Part shown: one piece after another, positions 62,603 through 64,000 of the stretch
How the letters are laid out: every line of letters begins with the position of its first letter
Position numbering within the stretch: position 1 is the stretch's first letter
Assembly (NCBI GenBank): GCA_949290445.1
Contig: CASERW010000001.1
Coordinates: 20,799-84,798 of the forward strand
Direction: 5' to 3'
DNA: 64,000 nucleotides
Origin: Aeriscardovia aeriphila
GTDB lineage: Bacteria; Actinomycetota; Actinomycetes; Actinomycetales; Bifidobacteriaceae
The notes under the pieces: model-generated
What the model was told of the DNA's origin: nothing
The model's database searches: none
What the model saw: the letters and a program-made list of their open reading frames with translations, nothing else
Position numbers and translations under genes: made by a program

Positions 62603-63888
62603 GTGCCCGTTACGGCCATACGGTTCGCGTCTTCACCATTCCTGAAAACGTGGATGCGACAGAAGTGCTCGGCCCTGTCGACGCGGTTTTGCATGAGGTG
62701 GAGAAATCATTCCCACGCCTCACTTTTGTGGTGCGAGGCCATAACATCTCCATCATTTCGCAAGACGTTTTGACAGAGCCAGAGGCGATTGCTGCAGAAA
62801 ACCTGTTTGAACAGTTAAGCCAAGCAGCACAAGCGAAAGCAGCTTTAGATGCTGATTCTGTTCGCCGCCTGCTCTCAGCACGTCGTCGTCACTTCGATGC
62901 TCATGGCCGCGATGTGGAATACCTCAGTGAAATCACACACAAGCATGCCGCTGGTGAAAATGCTGCAATCAAGGGTTCTGCAAGTAAGCATGCTGGAACT
63001 CACCATACGGCAGATACTCGTGCTCCTCACCAGAGCGAGTATGACACTGCTCGCAAACGCTTGAGCAGAGCACAATTCTCGCAGTTGACTGCGCACGAAA
63101 CTCACACTGCTCGCACCCGTCAGTCGAGCCAAGTGGAAGGTGAACTGCCGGATGTGAGCATCCCTGCAGTCATCGCCTACGCCGGAGGAGTACCAGTGCG
63201 AGCGAAAACAGCAGGGCAGAGGCACTATGTTGCTCAAATTGCCAAGAACACCATCACATTTGGTATTGGCCCTGCAGGAACAGGTAAAACCTACCTCGCA
63301 GTAGCCATGGCAGTCCAAGCATTCCAAGAGCACCGAGTCCGTCGCATCATCTTGACACGCCCTGCCGTCGAAGCCGGTGAAAATCTGGGTTACTTGCCAG
63401 GAACCCTCGCCGAAAAGATCGACCCTTACCTCAGGCCCCTCTACGACGCGCTGTCCGACATGCTCGGAAGCATTCAGCTCAAGCAAGCCATGGACTCTGG
63501 AGCCATCGAAGTAGCGCCACTGGCTTACATGCGAGGCAGAACTCTCAATGACGCTTTCGTCATCCTCGACGAAGCGCAGAACACCACCGAGGAACAGATG
63601 AAAATGTTCCTTACTCGCCTAGGTTACAACTCGCGCATGGTCGTCACCGGAGACATCACCCAGGTTGACCTCGCCATTAGACGGTCCGGATTGCGATCCA
63701 TTGAACACATTTTGCAAGGAATACCGGCAATCAGCTTCGTGCACTTCACCGATACCGACGTCGTACGCCATTCCCTCGTCGCCGCAATCGTCAACGCCTA
63801 CAACAAGCACGATGAGGAACGCGAAGCACGCGCTGCACGTGCACATACTGACCCACAGCGCAACAGCCGCAACGAAAAGGAGAACTGA
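62599..63888 (+). CDS. phoH: PhoH family ATPase with internal insertion
   Basis: [31 protein letters not shown] and DEAQN. Confidence 0.93.
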   Translation: MSARYGHTVRVFTIPENVDATEVLGPVDAVLHEVEKSFPRLTFVVRGHNISIISQDVLTEPEAIAAENLFEQLSQAAQAKAALDADSVRRLLSARRRHFDAHGRDVEYLSEITHKHAAGENAAIKGSASKHAGTHHTADTRAPHQSEYDTARKRLSRAQFSQLTAHETHTARTRQSSQVEGELPDVSIPAVIAYAGGVPVRAKTAGQRHYVAQIAKNTITFGIGPAGTGKTYLAVAMAVQAFQEHRVRRIILTRPAVEAGENLGYLPGTLAEKIDPYLRPLYDALSDMLGSIQLKQAMDSGAIEVAPLAYMRGRTLNDAFVILDEAQNTTEEQMKMFLTRLGYNSRMVVTGDITQVDLAIRRSGLRSIEHILQGIPAISFVHFTDTDVVRHSLVAAIVNAYNKHDEEREARAARAHTDPQRNSRNEKEN

Positions 63889-64000
63889 TGAGCGTTGAAG
63901 TAGCAAACGAAACAGAGTGGAGCATCGACCCCAAACAGTTCTCCGACCTCGGAGCTTTCGTCCTCGACCAAATGAGAGTGAGCCCCGGGGCGGACCTCAC
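63888..64000 (+). CDS. ybeY: rRNA maturation RNase YbeY, N-terminus (partial)
   Basis: [32 protein letters not shown] overlaps the phoH stop; usual phoH-ybeY order. Confidence 0.8.
   Translation, partial: MSVEVANETEWSIDPKQFSDLGAFVLDQMRVSPGADL

Overview
This is chromosomal core DNA of a Bifidobacteriaceae actinobacterium. The family call rests on the xfp-pta-ackA 'bifid shunt' next to guaA and on the gene order; a non-Bifidobacterium, scardovial-type lineage is my inference. Order: rpsA end, coaE, uvrB, pyk, an AT-rich type II toxin-antitoxin pair, NUDIX, tRNA-Leu(CAA), ANTAR response regulator, an elongated polA, Nif3, tRNA-Pro, two membrane proteins, glgX, ackA/pta/xfp, guaA, an accessory block (two TetR, SDR, 2-hydroxyacid dehydrogenase, DUF3737-like, PatB/MalY, amidohydrolase), pbuX/xpt, pcrA, rpsD, alaS-ruvX-mltG, a prepilin-peptidase-like gene, pyrG, sufBDCSUT, uracil permease, TrmH, a Zn-finger/HicB-like/Vsr-like fusion, tRNA-Leu(GAG), HIT, phoH and the ybeY start. 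I saw no transposase, integrase, prophage or CRISPR array. The main unexplained signal is a dispersed, non-palindromic motif, AGATT(A/G)TCA(C/G)TG. I found 21 exact copies of the core AGATTATCA by eye, against about 0.3 expected. Copies sit just after stop codons, as inverted pairs between convergent genes, and inside dispensable protein insertions, much like a DNA-uptake sequence, which I do not know of in Actinobacteria. All calls and counts were made by eye from the sequence and ORF track; no database searches were run.
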